A stretch of DNA of 64,000 bases from the NCBI GenBank assembly GCA_905200945.1, contig CAJKMG010000003.1, positions 200,317-264,316 of the forward strand. Direction: 5' to 3'. Source of the stretch: an uncultured Akkermansia sp. Lineage in GTDB: Bacteria; Verrucomicrobiota; Verrucomicrobiia; Verrucomicrobiales; Akkermansiaceae. Below, one piece after another: positions 27,806-38,063 of this stretch. Numbering within the stretch: position 1 is the first letter of the stretch; the number at the start of each line of letters is the position of its first letter. The notes under the pieces were generated by a model. It saw nothing but the letters and a program-made list of their open reading frames with translations, made no database searches and was not told where the DNA came from. A program made the position numbers and the translations under genes.

Positions 27806-30034
27806 CTAATTTTCTTCCCGGATGCCCTTCTTGCTGTTCTTCTCCCGCTTCTCCGCATCCTTGCGCAGGGAGTCGGCTTTTTTCCCATTACCTCCCTTTT
27901 CATAATACCCGGCTATCCTCCGCTGGATGGCGGCTTCCTTCTTTACCTTGAAATAATCGCCCGATTTAGTCCGGATATACCGGTTGTAGGAAGATTCCGC
28001 CTCCTTGGCCAGCTGAAGCACGGCCTCCTGATCCTGGGAAACGTACTCGTAATATTGCCCCATCAGCGCTTCAAATACTTCCGCGCGGCGCGCATAATCC
28101 TTCATGGACTTCCGGTACAGGGCAGCCACCCCGGCCTTGTCCCCGTTTTCCATCAGGAGATCCGCCTGCCGCTTGATGGCGGCGGAAGTCAGGTCGCTGC
28201 GCCCCTCGTCCGTCTCCTTTTCCAGCTTCTTCAAATCGCGGGCAACATGGCGCTTATTGGTGGAAGCGTCCCTCATGGGGAAAATATACTCATCTTCCAC
28301 GCGGGCGGCCATGGCCAGGTAATCCGGACGGGAACGGAACTTGCGCTTAATCATGGCCACCAGTTCATCCCATTCTTCCAGCTTCGTGCCGCTCTCCGGG
28401 CGGCCCATCAGAGCAATCAGGCGTTCCCTGCCCAGGGGGCTGCCGGGAGTGGCCTGAGTGGCGGCTTCCAGCATTACCCGGGCGCAATCCGGCTTCTGCA
28501 TCTCCTCAAACAGGTCCGCCAGGGAAAGATAATCCAGGGAAGTATCCAGCCGGGCGCCATTCACCTTCTTGTCCATACCCTGGAGAAGGGTGGATTCATG
28601 CTTTGACTTGCAGTTGTGTGGATGGGAAAAATGCCCCGTATTATATCCGTACCCGCCGTAGGACTGCCAGGTTTCATCCGTCGTCAGCAGATTGACCCAG
28701 GCATGCGGCCCGCGGTTGCCGTCCCCGGTAACATAGGCGGAGGGAATGCCGTTGCATTTGGCGGTATTCACCGCAAAATAGGCCTGGTCCATGCAAATGC
28801 CGCCTTCATCCAGAATCTCCTGGAAGGTATAATTAGTGTAAGGGTCCTTGCCCAGTGCGGCGCGGTCCATCCGGTAACGGATCATGGAATAGGCTCCGCC
28901 CCATCCTTTCCGGGTAAGGCGCACCTTTTTGCGCGCCCAATCCATCTCCGACCTCGGCAGACGCACATCCACCACAAACAACAGCTCGGAAGGGCTTAAT
29001 TTGGAAATGTCCGTGAGAAGCTCACGGGCTTCATCCATCTCCATGAAGTACTCGAATACCTGTTCCAGCGTCAAAGGCGTGGTGGAAATATTGGTGGAAG
29101 AAGACGCCCTCAGCTTGGACGGGCTGGAAGCGATGCGGGGATTCAGCATGGCGCAGGCCAGCGCCAGGGAGGAATACCTGCTCCGGGGCATGGCGGAGGT
29201 TTTCATCCAGAATTCCGCCCACTTCCTCAAAATCCCTCCCCACTCCTCCCCGGGTGTCTGCTCCCGCGCCATCGTGCGCAGGAAAAGTCTGAGGGGATCG
29301 GAAGGATCTGAAAAAAGCCATGGATAGAAATACCTGGGGGAACTCTCCTTGATTTGTTCCTGGATGGTTTCCGCTCCCACTTTGCTGATGAGCTGGTACA
29401 GCTCATTGGCGCGCATGAGGTACGGGCTCTGATCGTACATGGACGCGTCAAATTTGCCGAATTTGATGACCTTCACGGCATCCCGTTCCAAATTGGAGCG
29501 CAGGAAATCGGCATACAAGTCATAGCGGCCCGTTTCCAGGGCCAGATTGAAAGCATCCGTAAACAACTTTCTGTTGGCGGCGTTATTGGCCTTCAGGCTG
29601 ACCAGAAGAACAGGCTTCTTGAAAATCTCCAGCCGCGGATCTTCCTCCTGGACCACGGGTTCTTCCTTCGGTTCCTCAGGGGAAGGCTCCGCCACTTCCG
29701 GTTCCTTGTTCTGCCGTTTTCCGGTGGCTTCCTCAGCAGCCAGGCGTTCCGCCTCAAGACGGGCTTTTTCCTCCGCCTCCGCGCGCGCCCGTTCCTCCGC
29801 CTTCCTGCGCGCCGCCTCCAGTTCCGCGGCTTTCCGCGCACGCGCCGCTTTCGCTTCCGCCTCCTTTCTGGCCGCCAGCTCAGCGGCGGCAGCCTTACGT
29901 TGAACGGAAACCCGGTGGTAAGCCACCCCTCCGGCGGCAAGAGCCAGCACCAGGACAATAGTAATAATAATTCCGCCGGAAGAGGATTTTTTATGCTTGG
30001 GAAAACCGGGACGCAGAGGATTGACAGGATTCAT
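27806..30034 (-). CDS. Transglutaminase-like (papain-fold) protein with N-terminal TM anchor and Ala/Glu/Arg/Lys coiled-coil
   Basis: TM helix GGIIITIVLVLALAAGGVAY. About 80 aa of AEAKAARARKAAELEAARRKAEERARAEAEEKARLEAERLAAEEA. Transglutaminase core GGICMDQAYFAV...GPHAWV with Cys/His. Start placed at ATG 30034. Confidence 0.65.
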   Translation of the reverse strand: MNPVNPLRPGFPKHKKSSSGGIIITIVLVLALAAGGVAYHRVSVQRKAAAAELAARKEAEAKAARARKAAELEAARRKAEERARAEAEEKARLEAERLAAEEATGKRQNKEPEVAEPSPEEPKEEPVVQEEDPRLEIFKKPVLLVSLKANNAANRKLFTDAFNLALETGRYDLYADFLRSNLERDAVKVIKFGKFDASMYDQSPYLMRANELYQLISKVGAETIQEQIKESSPRYFYPWLFSDPSDPLRLFLRTMAREQTPGEEWGGILRKWAEFWMKTSAMPRSRYSSLALACAMLNPRIASSPSKLRASSSTNISTTPLTLEQVFEYFMEMDEARELLTDISKLSPSELLFVVDVRLPRSEMDWARKKVRLTRKGWGGAYSMIRYRMDRAALGKDPYTNYTFQEILDEGGICMDQAYFAVNTAKCNGIPSAYVTGDGNRGPHAWVNLLTTDETWQSYGGYGYNTGHFSHPHNCKSKHESTLLQGMDKKVNGARLDTSLDYLSLADLFEEMQKPDCARVMLEAATQATPGSPLGRERLIALMGRPESGTKLEEWDELVAMIKRKFRSRPDYLAMAARVEDEYIFPMRDASTNKRHVARDLKKLEKETDEGRSDLTSAAIKRQADLLMENGDKAGVAALYRKSMKDYARRAEVFEALMGQYYEYVSQDQEAVLQLAKEAESSYNRYIRTKSGDYFKVKKEAAIQRRIAGYYEKGGNGKKADSLRKDAEKREKNSKKGIREEN

Positions 30035-30305
30035 GGGGATGCAGCTTGAACGCGTTGAAGCAAATTGGGGAGGGGATGAGACGGTTTTATCCCTGTTCCG
30101 TGTGACATAAAAGCGCAATACCTTTCCAAGGTCAACTTGAAACAATGGTCTTTTGCTGAAGGTTCGTTTTCCCGGAACCCGTTAAGAATCAAACCAGATT
30201 ATTTTTCCTTGTATTTTCATAGCCATTTTATAGTATCAGGCCTCTTCATGTTTCCAAAAACATGAGAAAAACACAAGTATCCTGCTGATTATTCCTGGCT
30301 GACAT

Positions 30306-30977
30306 ATGTTTTTCCCGTTGCCTATGAACACTTTCTCTCATCTCAGTCCGTTTCTGGCCGTCATTTCGGGAAGCCTCTTCTCCGGAACGGCCCTCTGTAA
30401 CGACATCGTGCTGCCTCCGCCAGATAAAAAGGGAGGAAAGCCCCTCATGCAGGTTCTTCATGAACGGCATTCCACCAGGTCCTTTGCAGACAAACCTATC
30501 CCTGTGGAAGTCCTGTCCTCCCTGCTCTGGGCGGCGCAAGGCGTCAATCGGGACGATCCCGACTATCGCACGGCGCCGTCTTCCCGGAATTCCAATGAAA
30601 TAGAAATCTATGTCGTCCTGCCGCAGGGCACCTATCTTTACAGGCCGGAAACCCACCGGCTGGAGAAAGTGGTTCAGGGCGACATGCGGGCCGCTACGGG
30701 AACACAGGAATTCGCGGCTACCGCGCCGTTAAACCTGATCTATGTAGTAGACCAGTCCAAACAGCCGGGAGACTTTGATGCCAGGAGAAAGCTGGTCACG
30801 GCCTGCACGGATGCGGGGTTTATTGGAGAAAACGTTTACCTTTTCTGTGCTTCCGAAGGGCTAGGCACCGTGTTCCGCGCCATGATTAACGCCAATTATA
30901 TCCAGCAGTGTCTGAAGCTCCCCGTCTTCAAAAAAGTCCTGTACGCCCAGAGTGTCGGCTATCCGTCAAAATCCTGA
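30306..30977 (+). CDS. Nitroreductase-fold protein, SagB/ThcOx-type dehydrogenase family, predicted secreted/lipoprotein
   Basis: Signal peptide. HERHSTRSF (nitroreductase N-terminal motif). LxxLLWAAQGVN. C-terminal GENVYLFCASEGLGTVF. Confidence 0.65.
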   Translation: MFFPLPMNTFSHLSPFLAVISGSLFSGTALCNDIVLPPPDKKGGKPLMQVLHERHSTRSFADKPIPVEVLSSLLWAAQGVNRDDPDYRTAPSSRNSNEIEIYVVLPQGTYLYRPETHRLEKVVQGDMRAATGTQEFAATAPLNLIYVVDQSKQPGDFDARRKLVTACTDAGFIGENVYLFCASEGLGTVFRAMINANYIQQCLKLPVFKKVLYAQSVGYPSKS

Positions 30978-31348
30978 AAAAACCATAAGCCGGAACGCTG
31001 TGAGGCTCGCCGTTCCATCGGCGGATCTTCCTCATGCCCTGCGAAAAACCGTCATGGGAACCGCCGTTCCCATGGAAATAAAAACGCCAGGAACCATTGC
31101 CGGGCCAGTCAGGAGCGCACTCTTCCGGACAGCCCGGCAACAATAGAAAAAGCGTTTGGCGAACTGTTGGATGAACGTTTCGGGCAAGCCCGGTTCCGCC
31201 ACTCCGCCCTGCGGCATTGGCTGGAGAAATGTTCAAACCGGAATTCCTGGGAAACTGCGGCGCCAGGAAATCTACTCCCCGCTTGCGGTCTTTCCCATAG
31301 TTCAAATTCATGGAAAATCCGGAACCGCAAGCGGAAAACGCACCAGCA

Positions 31349-33280
31349 TTACCACTGGTTGTCCAGGTTTTTGGTATTTATCTTTCCGGGTTCCTTGTTG
31401 CGTTCCTTCATGCCGCGGACAGGCTTGGGCTCCTTTTCGTGCAGGTCCAGAATATCAATCACATTCTCCCCTTTTTTCAGGAATGGGGCCGGGACATACA
31501 GCCTTAACTGAGGTCCCACATTCCAATAGCGCCCCACGTTGATTCCGTTCACCCATACATACCCCTTGACATAGCGGGACATATCCAGAAACGTATCCTG
31601 AGGCTCTTCAATATTTACAACGGCCCGGAAATGCGCCCCTTCCCGTTTCTGGGAAGGCCCCTTTCCTTTGGGAGCCCGCACAATAGAATCAGCTTTCAGG
31701 GGAAGCGCCCTCACCGTCCAGTTCTTTAACTCCCGCGTTCCCAGCTTCACAGGACCGTAAACCCCCTTGCGGTCACTCTCCATGCTGATATGAAAATTAA
31801 TATGTCCCATGGCCTCTACCAGAACTTCCAGCGTCCCCGGCTTCCTGCGCTCCGGCAGTTTCACACTTTTCTGCCCCAGCCGCCGATCCAGCGTGCCGAC
31901 CAGCTCTCCATCCAGATACACCTGGGCATAGTCATTGACATTGGTAAATTCCAGCGTTTCAGGCGGTCCTGACGGAACGGCCGTGCTGTAAACGGCAATA
32001 CCCTGGTTCTGGTTCCATTGTTCAAAATAGGGAGGCTGCAGGAACTTGGACCGGAAAGGCTTGGGCAGGTTCTCCCAAAGTCCGGCATGCACTGCGGGCG
32101 TGAACTCCGGAATTTCCATGGCCGGAATGTCTGCGGGAGGTTCCGGCACAGCGGCTTCGGGAGGCAACTTTTTTAAAATGATTTCCCTCATCTGGGCATA
32201 ATATTCATTCATCCGCCCCTGCTCATCCACGGGAGAACCGTAATCATAACTCGTCAGGTCCGGCTGGTATTTTCCCGGCCCTCCGTTGTTGGCTCCGGCC
32301 GAGAATCCGAAATTGGTGCCTCCGTGGAAAACGAACAAGCTGAAGGAACGCCCCTTGTCCATAAACCAGCGGACGTGGTTGACAACTCCAGGAGTGGGAG
32401 CCCAATTCCCCTCCCCCCAGTGCCGCAGCCAGCCCGGATACGTTTCCGAGGAAAAAACGGGAACTCCCGGATTGCATTTATTAGCCACTGCCCAATGGCC
32501 GTCATTCAGCCCCGGATCCAGCCCTACAGCCACGCCTGGAAGCACCACGCCTTTCAGAAAATGTTCTCCCGCGCCGTCGGAGGTGTAAAAGGGGCCAAAA
32601 CCCTTCCTGCTCCAGAACGCCTTCAGCCATTCCATATACTTGCGGTCTTTACGCTGGTAGCTCCCGTATTCGTTTTCAAGCTGGGTCATCAGAATGGGCC
32701 CCCCGTTTTTGGCTAAAAAAGGCTCCGCCACACGGGCCACGGCCTCCAGATAACGCGTCTGCGCCTTCATGAATTTGGCGTCTTCCGTAGTTCTCAACTT
32801 GGCCTTGGGATCCTTCAGCAAATAATGAGGCAGCCCTCCCAGGTCCCATTCCCCGCATGCATAGGGGCCGGGGCGGAATAAAACCCACATGCCTTCCTCC
32901 TGGCATAACTTGAGGAACCCTTCCAGATCCCGATTGCCCGTCTTAAAGTCAAAGCTGCCGTCCGGCTGCTCATGGTCATTCCAGAACACATAAAATGCAA
33001 TAGTATTCAGCCCCATAGCCTTGGCGGTCCTGATGCGGTGCCTCCAGTATTCCCGGGGAATGCGCTGGGGATGCATCTCCGCGCCGCGGATCTGGAAGGG
33101 TTTCCCGTTCAGCATGAACTCCTGGTTCCCTTCCCCGCCGAACCCGAACACAACGGGGGTTCCTCCGGAAAGAGCGGGTTTCTGTACATTCTGGACAGCC
33201 TCAGGGCCAGCCCATGCCAATGCTCCCACTCCGACGGCCATCAGTGCGGCAGACCAACTGAAACCATATTGCTTCATCAT
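31349..33280 (-). CDS. Beta-galactosidase, glycoside hydrolase family 35, secreted
   Basis: Signal peptide. GAEMHPQRIPREYWRHRIRTAKAMGLNTIAFYVFWNDHE...IPGPYACGEWDLGGLP. Catalytic QLENEYG acid/base. GH35 layout throughout. Confidence 0.85.
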   Translation of the reverse strand: MMKQYGFSWSAALMAVGVGALAWAGPEAVQNVQKPALSGGTPVVFGFGGEGNQEFMLNGKPFQIRGAEMHPQRIPREYWRHRIRTAKAMGLNTIAFYVFWNDHEQPDGSFDFKTGNRDLEGFLKLCQEEGMWVLFRPGPYACGEWDLGGLPHYLLKDPKAKLRTTEDAKFMKAQTRYLEAVARVAEPFLAKNGGPILMTQLENEYGSYQRKDRKYMEWLKAFWSRKGFGPFYTSDGAGEHFLKGVVLPGVAVGLDPGLNDGHWAVANKCNPGVPVFSSETYPGWLRHWGEGNWAPTPGVVNHVRWFMDKGRSFSLFVFHGGTNFGFSAGANNGGPGKYQPDLTSYDYGSPVDEQGRMNEYYAQMREIILKKLPPEAAVPEPPADIPAMEIPEFTPAVHAGLWENLPKPFRSKFLQPPYFEQWNQNQGIAVYSTAVPSGPPETLEFTNVNDYAQVYLDGELVGTLDRRLGQKSVKLPERRKPGTLEVLVEAMGHINFHISMESDRKGVYGPVKLGTRELKNWTVRALPLKADSIVRAPKGKGPSQKREGAHFRAVVNIEEPQDTFLDMSRYVKGYVWVNGINVGRYWNVGPQLRLYVPAPFLKKGENVIDILDLHEKEPKPVRGMKERNKEPGKINTKNLDNQW

Positions 33281-33484
33281 GTTGAACAGTTAATTCATTT
33301 GAAGACGGTTGCCAATAACAATTTTTTTCTCTCTTCTCCGAATCTTCGGAATACCCTTCCCCTCCGCCAGAAATCTGACGGGGCCGGACGGAACGGAGGC
33401 CTTCCGTTCCGTGGAATGTAATCATGTCATATATCTTCATCCCTTTGTATGAAAACCGGAGGACGCCTGTCTAAATTGATCAAT

Positions 33485-34249
33485 ATGAAAACAATTGTTC
33501 TTCTTCGCCATGGAGAAAGCACGTGGAACCGTGAAAACAGATTCACCGGATGGACGGACGTGGATCTGACGGAATTGGGAATACAGGAAGCCAACCACGC
33601 GGGCGACCTTCTGAAAGACAGGGGAATGGCCTTTGACCATGCCTACACCTCTTATCTCAAGAGGGCCGTGAAAACGCTCAACTGCGTGCTGGACCGTTTG
33701 GACCAGGACTGGCTGCCCGTCTCCAAAAGCTGGAGGTTGAATGAAAAGCACTACGGCATGCTCCAGGGCCTGAATAAAAGTGAAACGGCTCAAAAATACG
33801 GAGACGAACAGGTACTGATCTGGAGGCGCAGTTATGACGTGGCGCCTCCTCCCCTGGCGGAGGACGATCCCGCCAACCCCAAATGGGATCCCCGCTACAA
33901 GGGAGTGCCGGACAGCGAACTTCCGCGAACGGAATCACTGAAAGAAACTATTGCCCGCATGATGCCCTACTGGGAAGGAACAGTTCTCCCTTCTCTACGG
34001 ACGCTGGACAATATCCTGATCGTAGCCCACGGCAACACATTGCGGGGCATGATCAAGTATTTGAAAAACATTCCTGACGAACAGCTGCTTTCCCTTAATC
34101 TTCCTACCGCCACCCCCTATGTATTTGAATTTGACGACTCCCTGAACCTGGAAAAAGACTACTTTCTTGGGGATCCGGAAGAAATCCGCAAACGCATGGC
34201 GGCCGTCGCCGGCCAGGGAAGCGCAAAGAAAAAAACGCCTGCGGAATAA
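33485..34249 (+). CDS. gpmA: 2,3-bisphosphoglycerate-dependent phosphoglycerate mutase
   Basis: [27 protein letters not shown] (catalytic His in RHGES). [35 protein letters not shown]...AHGNTLR. Confidence 0.9.
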   Translation: MKTIVLLRHGESTWNRENRFTGWTDVDLTELGIQEANHAGDLLKDRGMAFDHAYTSYLKRAVKTLNCVLDRLDQDWLPVSKSWRLNEKHYGMLQGLNKSETAQKYGDEQVLIWRRSYDVAPPPLAEDDPANPKWDPRYKGVPDSELPRTESLKETIARMMPYWEGTVLPSLRTLDNILIVAHGNTLRGMIKYLKNIPDEQLLSLNLPTATPYVFEFDDSLNLEKDYFLGDPEEIRKRMAAVAGQGSAKKKTPAE

Positions 34250-34266
34250 CCTCATTATCCTTTCCT

Positions 34267-35289
34267 ATGACCGCCCATTCCTGCCGCATTGCGTTCTTTG
34301 ACGCCAAGCCCTACGACCGGGATTCCTTCAATTCTGTCAATGAACGCGAATTCCATTACGACATCCGTTACTTCAAAGGGCACCTCACTCCGGACAGCGT
34401 GCCCCTGACCCGCGGTACGGACGTAGCGTGCATTTTCGTCAATGACACGGCAAACCGGGAAGTAATACGGAACCTGAAGGAAAATAGCGTCAAATTGCTG
34501 GCTCTGCGTTGCGCCGGATTCAATAATGTGGATCTGAAAGCTGCGGAAGAAGCGGAACTGCCCGTCGTGCGGGTGCCCCAATATTCTCCCTATGCGGTGG
34601 CGGAACATGCCGTAGCCCTGATGCTTTCCCTGAACCGCAAAATACACCGCGCCTACTGGCGCACCAGGGACGGCAATTTTTCTCTTCACGGCCTGATGGG
34701 CTTTGACATGAATGGAAAAACGGCCGGCATCATCGGAACGGGGAAAATCGCCAGAATCCTCATCCGCATTCTCAAAGGCTTCGGGATGAACATCCTGGCC
34801 TATGACCTGCACCCTGACCAGTGCTTTGCGGAAGAAGCCGGCATTACGTACACCACCCTGGACGATCTGTACGCCCGGTCCGATATCATCTCCCTGCACT
34901 GTCCCCTTACTCCGGAAACGGAACACCTGATTAATACGGATTCCATTGGAAAAATGAAGGATGGAGTGATGATCATCAACACGGGACGCGGCAAGCTGAT
35001 TAACACGGAAATGCTGATTGACGGCCTGAAATCAAAAAAAGTGGGAGCTGCCGGACTGGACGTGTACGAAGAAGAGGGAGAATATTTCTACGAAGACAAA
35101 TCCGACAGGATTATTGATGACGATACTCTGGCCCGTCTCCTTTCCTTCAACAACGTCATCCTGACTTCCCACCAGGGCTTTTTCACGAAAGAAGCCCTGC
35201 ACAATATTGCGGAAGTCACCCTGCACAACATCCGGGACTTTCTGGAAAGCAAACCTCTGATCAACCGAGTCTCGCTTCAGTCACGCTGA
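34267..35289 (+). CDS. ldhA: D-lactate dehydrogenase / D-isomer-specific 2-hydroxyacid dehydrogenase
   Basis: GIIGTGKIARILIRIL NAD fold, catalytic triad region INTGRGKLI...SHQGFFT, full-length LdhA-like pattern. Confidence 0.85.
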   Translation: MTAHSCRIAFFDAKPYDRDSFNSVNEREFHYDIRYFKGHLTPDSVPLTRGTDVACIFVNDTANREVIRNLKENSVKLLALRCAGFNNVDLKAAEEAELPVVRVPQYSPYAVAEHAVALMLSLNRKIHRAYWRTRDGNFSLHGLMGFDMNGKTAGIIGTGKIARILIRILKGFGMNILAYDLHPDQCFAEEAGITYTTLDDLYARSDIISLHCPLTPETEHLINTDSIGKMKDGVMIINTGRGKLINTEMLIDGLKSKKVGAAGLDVYEEEGEYFYEDKSDRIIDDDTLARLLSFNNVILTSHQGFFTKEALHNIAEVTLHNIRDFLESKPLINRVSLQSR

Positions 35290-35420
35290 ACGTGCCCGGC
35301 GGGCGCTCTACGGAAATCCGGGACTTTCTCATCCGCCTTCTGCCGGACAGAAGGCGGAATTCGGGGAAAGGCGGCAGCTTTTTTATGCAAGAGCCGCCAC
35401 TTCCCGCCGTATTATATACT

Positions 35421-36569
35421 ATGAGCACTCCAGCCCCTGCCTCCGTCCTGGCTCCCAAACCGCACTACGCCGCTCTGGACGGCCTCCGCGGAGTGGCCGC
35501 CGTCATGGTGGTCCTGTTCCACATGTTTGAAGGCAGCGCCAGAGACTTCCAGTTCCATACGGACCAGATCATCAACCACGGCTACCTGTCCGTGGACTTC
35601 TTCTTCATGCTGTCCGGCTTCGTCATCGGATACGCCTATGACGACCGCTGGGAAAAAATGAACCTGTGGAACTTCTGCAAGCGGCGGCTGGTGCGCCTTC
35701 AACCCATGGTGGTCATGGGGATGCTGCTGGGGGGAATCCTCTTTTACTTCCAGGGGTCTGAAATCTTCCCGAACCTTGCGCAAACCCCCGTATGGAAAAT
35801 GCTGCTGGTCATGACCGTGGGATTCACGCTGCTGCCCGTTCCCGTTTCCCTGGATGTGCGCGGATGGTCGGAAATGCACCCGCTGAACGGTCCGGCCTGG
35901 TCCCTCTTCTTCGAATACGTCGCCAATATCCTTTATGCCATGCTCATCAGAAAATTTACCAGCAGATGGCTGGCGGTCCTGGTCTTTCTGGCGGGCTGCG
36001 CCCTCATTCACCAGTGCTACACGCAGGGCAACAACATCGGCGGCTGGACTCTGGATGCGGAACAGTGCCGTGTGGGGCTTATACGGCTCATGTTCCCTTT
36101 CTTCGGCGGTCTGCTCCTGTTCCGCCTGTGCAAACCTGGACGGATCAGGCATGGTTTCTGGTGGTGCAGCCTGCTTCTGGCGGGAACCCTGGCGGCGCCC
36201 CATGTAGGAGGCGCGGAACATTTCCGCCTGAACGGCCTGTATGACGCCTTCTGCATCATTGTCATCTTTCCCGCGGTAGTCTTCCTCGGAGCCAGCGACA
36301 TCCCTGGAGACATCTCTTCCAGAGCCAGCCGGTTTTTGGGAAACATCTCCTACCCCCTTTATATCACCCACTATCCCATCGTGTATCTCTACCTGGCCTG
36401 GGTTCACGATGCGGAAGTCCCTCTTTCCCGTGCGCTCCCCGTGGCGGCAGGCGTCTTATTCCTCTGCATTGCCGTAGCCTACGGGTGCCTGAAGCTTTAT
36501 GACGAGCCCGTGCGCGCATGGCTTTCCAAACGCGTGCTGAAGCGGCGTCCTCCGGAACCCGGGGCGTAA
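35421..36569 (+). CDS. Acyltransferase family 3 membrane protein (no SGNH domain)
   Basis: LDGLRGVAAVMVVLFHMF...VDFFFMLSGFVI AT3 signature. Ten TM helices. Start at ATG 35421. Confidence 0.75.
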   Translation: MSTPAPASVLAPKPHYAALDGLRGVAAVMVVLFHMFEGSARDFQFHTDQIINHGYLSVDFFFMLSGFVIGYAYDDRWEKMNLWNFCKRRLVRLQPMVVMGMLLGGILFYFQGSEIFPNLAQTPVWKMLLVMTVGFTLLPVPVSLDVRGWSEMHPLNGPAWSLFFEYVANILYAMLIRKFTSRWLAVLVFLAGCALIHQCYTQGNNIGGWTLDAEQCRVGLIRLMFPFFGGLLLFRLCKPGRIRHGFWWCSLLLAGTLAAPHVGGAEHFRLNGLYDAFCIIVIFPAVVFLGASDIPGDISSRASRFLGNISYPLYITHYPIVYLYLAWVHDAEVPLSRALPVAAGVLFLCIAVAYGCLKLYDEPVRAWLSKRVLKRRPPEPGA

Positions 36570-36631
36570 AGCGGAACAAACATCTGCCTTGCCCCGGGCG
36601 GGGCCAGGCCGGATACTGTCGGCGGTCTTTC

Positions 36632-38041
36632 ATGGAAAAACTGCCGACATCCTCCAAAGCTCTGCGCTACCTGCCCTTTCTTGTGGCATCGGCATTCTTT
36701 ATGCAGATGCTGGATGCCACCATCCTGAACACGGCCATTCCCACCATTGCCCGCAGCTTCAACAGCCATCCGCTGCAGCTCCACTCCCTGGTAACGGCCT
36801 ACATGCTCACCGTCTGCGTCCTGATACCGGCCTCCGGATGGATATCCGACAAACTGGGTTCCCGCCGTACTTTCCTGCTGGCCATCTCCGTTTTTTCCGT
36901 GGGCTCCCTGCTGTGCGCCCTTTCCGCCTCCGTTACCATGATGACGGTATGCCGCGTCATCCAGGGAATAGGCGGCGCCTTCCTGATGCCCGTCGGGCGC
37001 CTTGTCATCCTGCGCTCCTATCCCCGCTCCATGTTCGTCAATGTCCTGAACATTGTAACGATTCCGGCGCTGCTGGGCCCCCTTCTGGGGCCGGTGCTGG
37101 GCGGTATCATCGTACAGTACGCTTCCTGGCACTGGATATTCCTGATCAACATCCCGGTAGGCATGGCGGGCCTGTGGGCCACCTGGAAGCTGATGCCGGA
37201 CCTGAAAGCGGTCCGGGAACAAAAATTCGACTGGCGGGGGTTCTTCCTCTTCTCCTCCTCCGCCGTGCTGGCTACAATGGGCCTCTCCTCCGCGGGAGGC
37301 GTAACCGATAAGACGCGCATGGCCATCCTCACGTCAGCCGGAGGCATTCTCCAGCTTCTGTACTGGTTGCTGGCGTTCCGTTCAAAAGCCCCCATCTTCA
37401 GCCCGGCCCTGTTCCGCATCAGAAACTTTGCCATCGGAATCGCCGGCAACATCGTCTGCCGCCTGGGCGGAAGCTGCCTGCCGTACCTGATGCCGCTTTT
37501 CTTCCAGGTAGTGCTTGGTTATTCCGCTCTTCAGTCCGGCATGTCCCTGATTCCGCTGGCCCTGAGCAATCTGCTGGCAAAAACGGTTGCGCCGCGTCTG
37601 CTCGGGAAATTTGGTTACCGGAACATCATGGTCGTCAATACCTTCACCATAGGAGCGCTGCTGGCCTCCTTCCGCTTTGTAGGCCCTGGAACCCATGAAC
37701 TTATTCTCCTGGGCATGCTCGCGCTGCTGGGCGGGGCCAACTCCATTCAGTTCACCTGCATGAACACCCTGACGCTGATTGACCTCCCCAATGCAGACGC
37801 CAGCAGCGGGAACTCCCTGCTTTCCACGATCATGCAGCTCTCCATTGCTGTCAGTATTGCCGCGGCCTCCCTGCTGCTGGATAGCTTCGGCGGCCATTCG
37901 GCTACCTCCGGAAAGGCTGTGGAAACCGCCTTTCATGCCACTTTCGCCACCATCGGCGCCATTGCCGCGGCCAGTTCCTTCATCTTCGCCCTGGTGGACA
38001 AAGACAAGGGAATCACCCGCAAACGGAGAAAAGCAGCTTGA
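36632..38041 (+). CDS. MFS transporter, DHA2 (EmrB/QacA) subfamily, 14 TMS
   Basis: FMQMLDATILNTAIPTIARSF... and GxLaDrxGrR-like motif DKLGSRRTF. Fourteen hydrophobic segments. Start at ATG 36632. Confidence 0.8.
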   Translation: MEKLPTSSKALRYLPFLVASAFFMQMLDATILNTAIPTIARSFNSHPLQLHSLVTAYMLTVCVLIPASGWISDKLGSRRTFLLAISVFSVGSLLCALSASVTMMTVCRVIQGIGGAFLMPVGRLVILRSYPRSMFVNVLNIVTIPALLGPLLGPVLGGIIVQYASWHWIFLINIPVGMAGLWATWKLMPDLKAVREQKFDWRGFFLFSSSAVLATMGLSSAGGVTDKTRMAILTSAGGILQLLYWLLAFRSKAPIFSPALFRIRNFAIGIAGNIVCRLGGSCLPYLMPLFFQVVLGYSALQSGMSLIPLALSNLLAKTVAPRLLGKFGYRNIMVVNTFTIGALLASFRFVGPGTHELILLGMLALLGGANSIQFTCMNTLTLIDLPNADASSGNSLLSTIMQLSIAVSIAAASLLLDSFGGHSATSGKAVETAFHATFATIGAIAAASSFIFALVDKDKGITRKRRKAA

Positions 38042-38063
38042 AGAAGAAAATTCCCGCCCCTGT

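Noticed and set aside
29640-29960. Short tandem GC-rich repeats (GCGGC/CGCGCC units) that could be mistaken for a CRISPR-like or VNTR array
   Set aside because: They are in frame within the transglutaminase-like gene and encode its Ala/Glu/Arg coiled-coil. There is no spacer/repeat periodicity and no cas genes.
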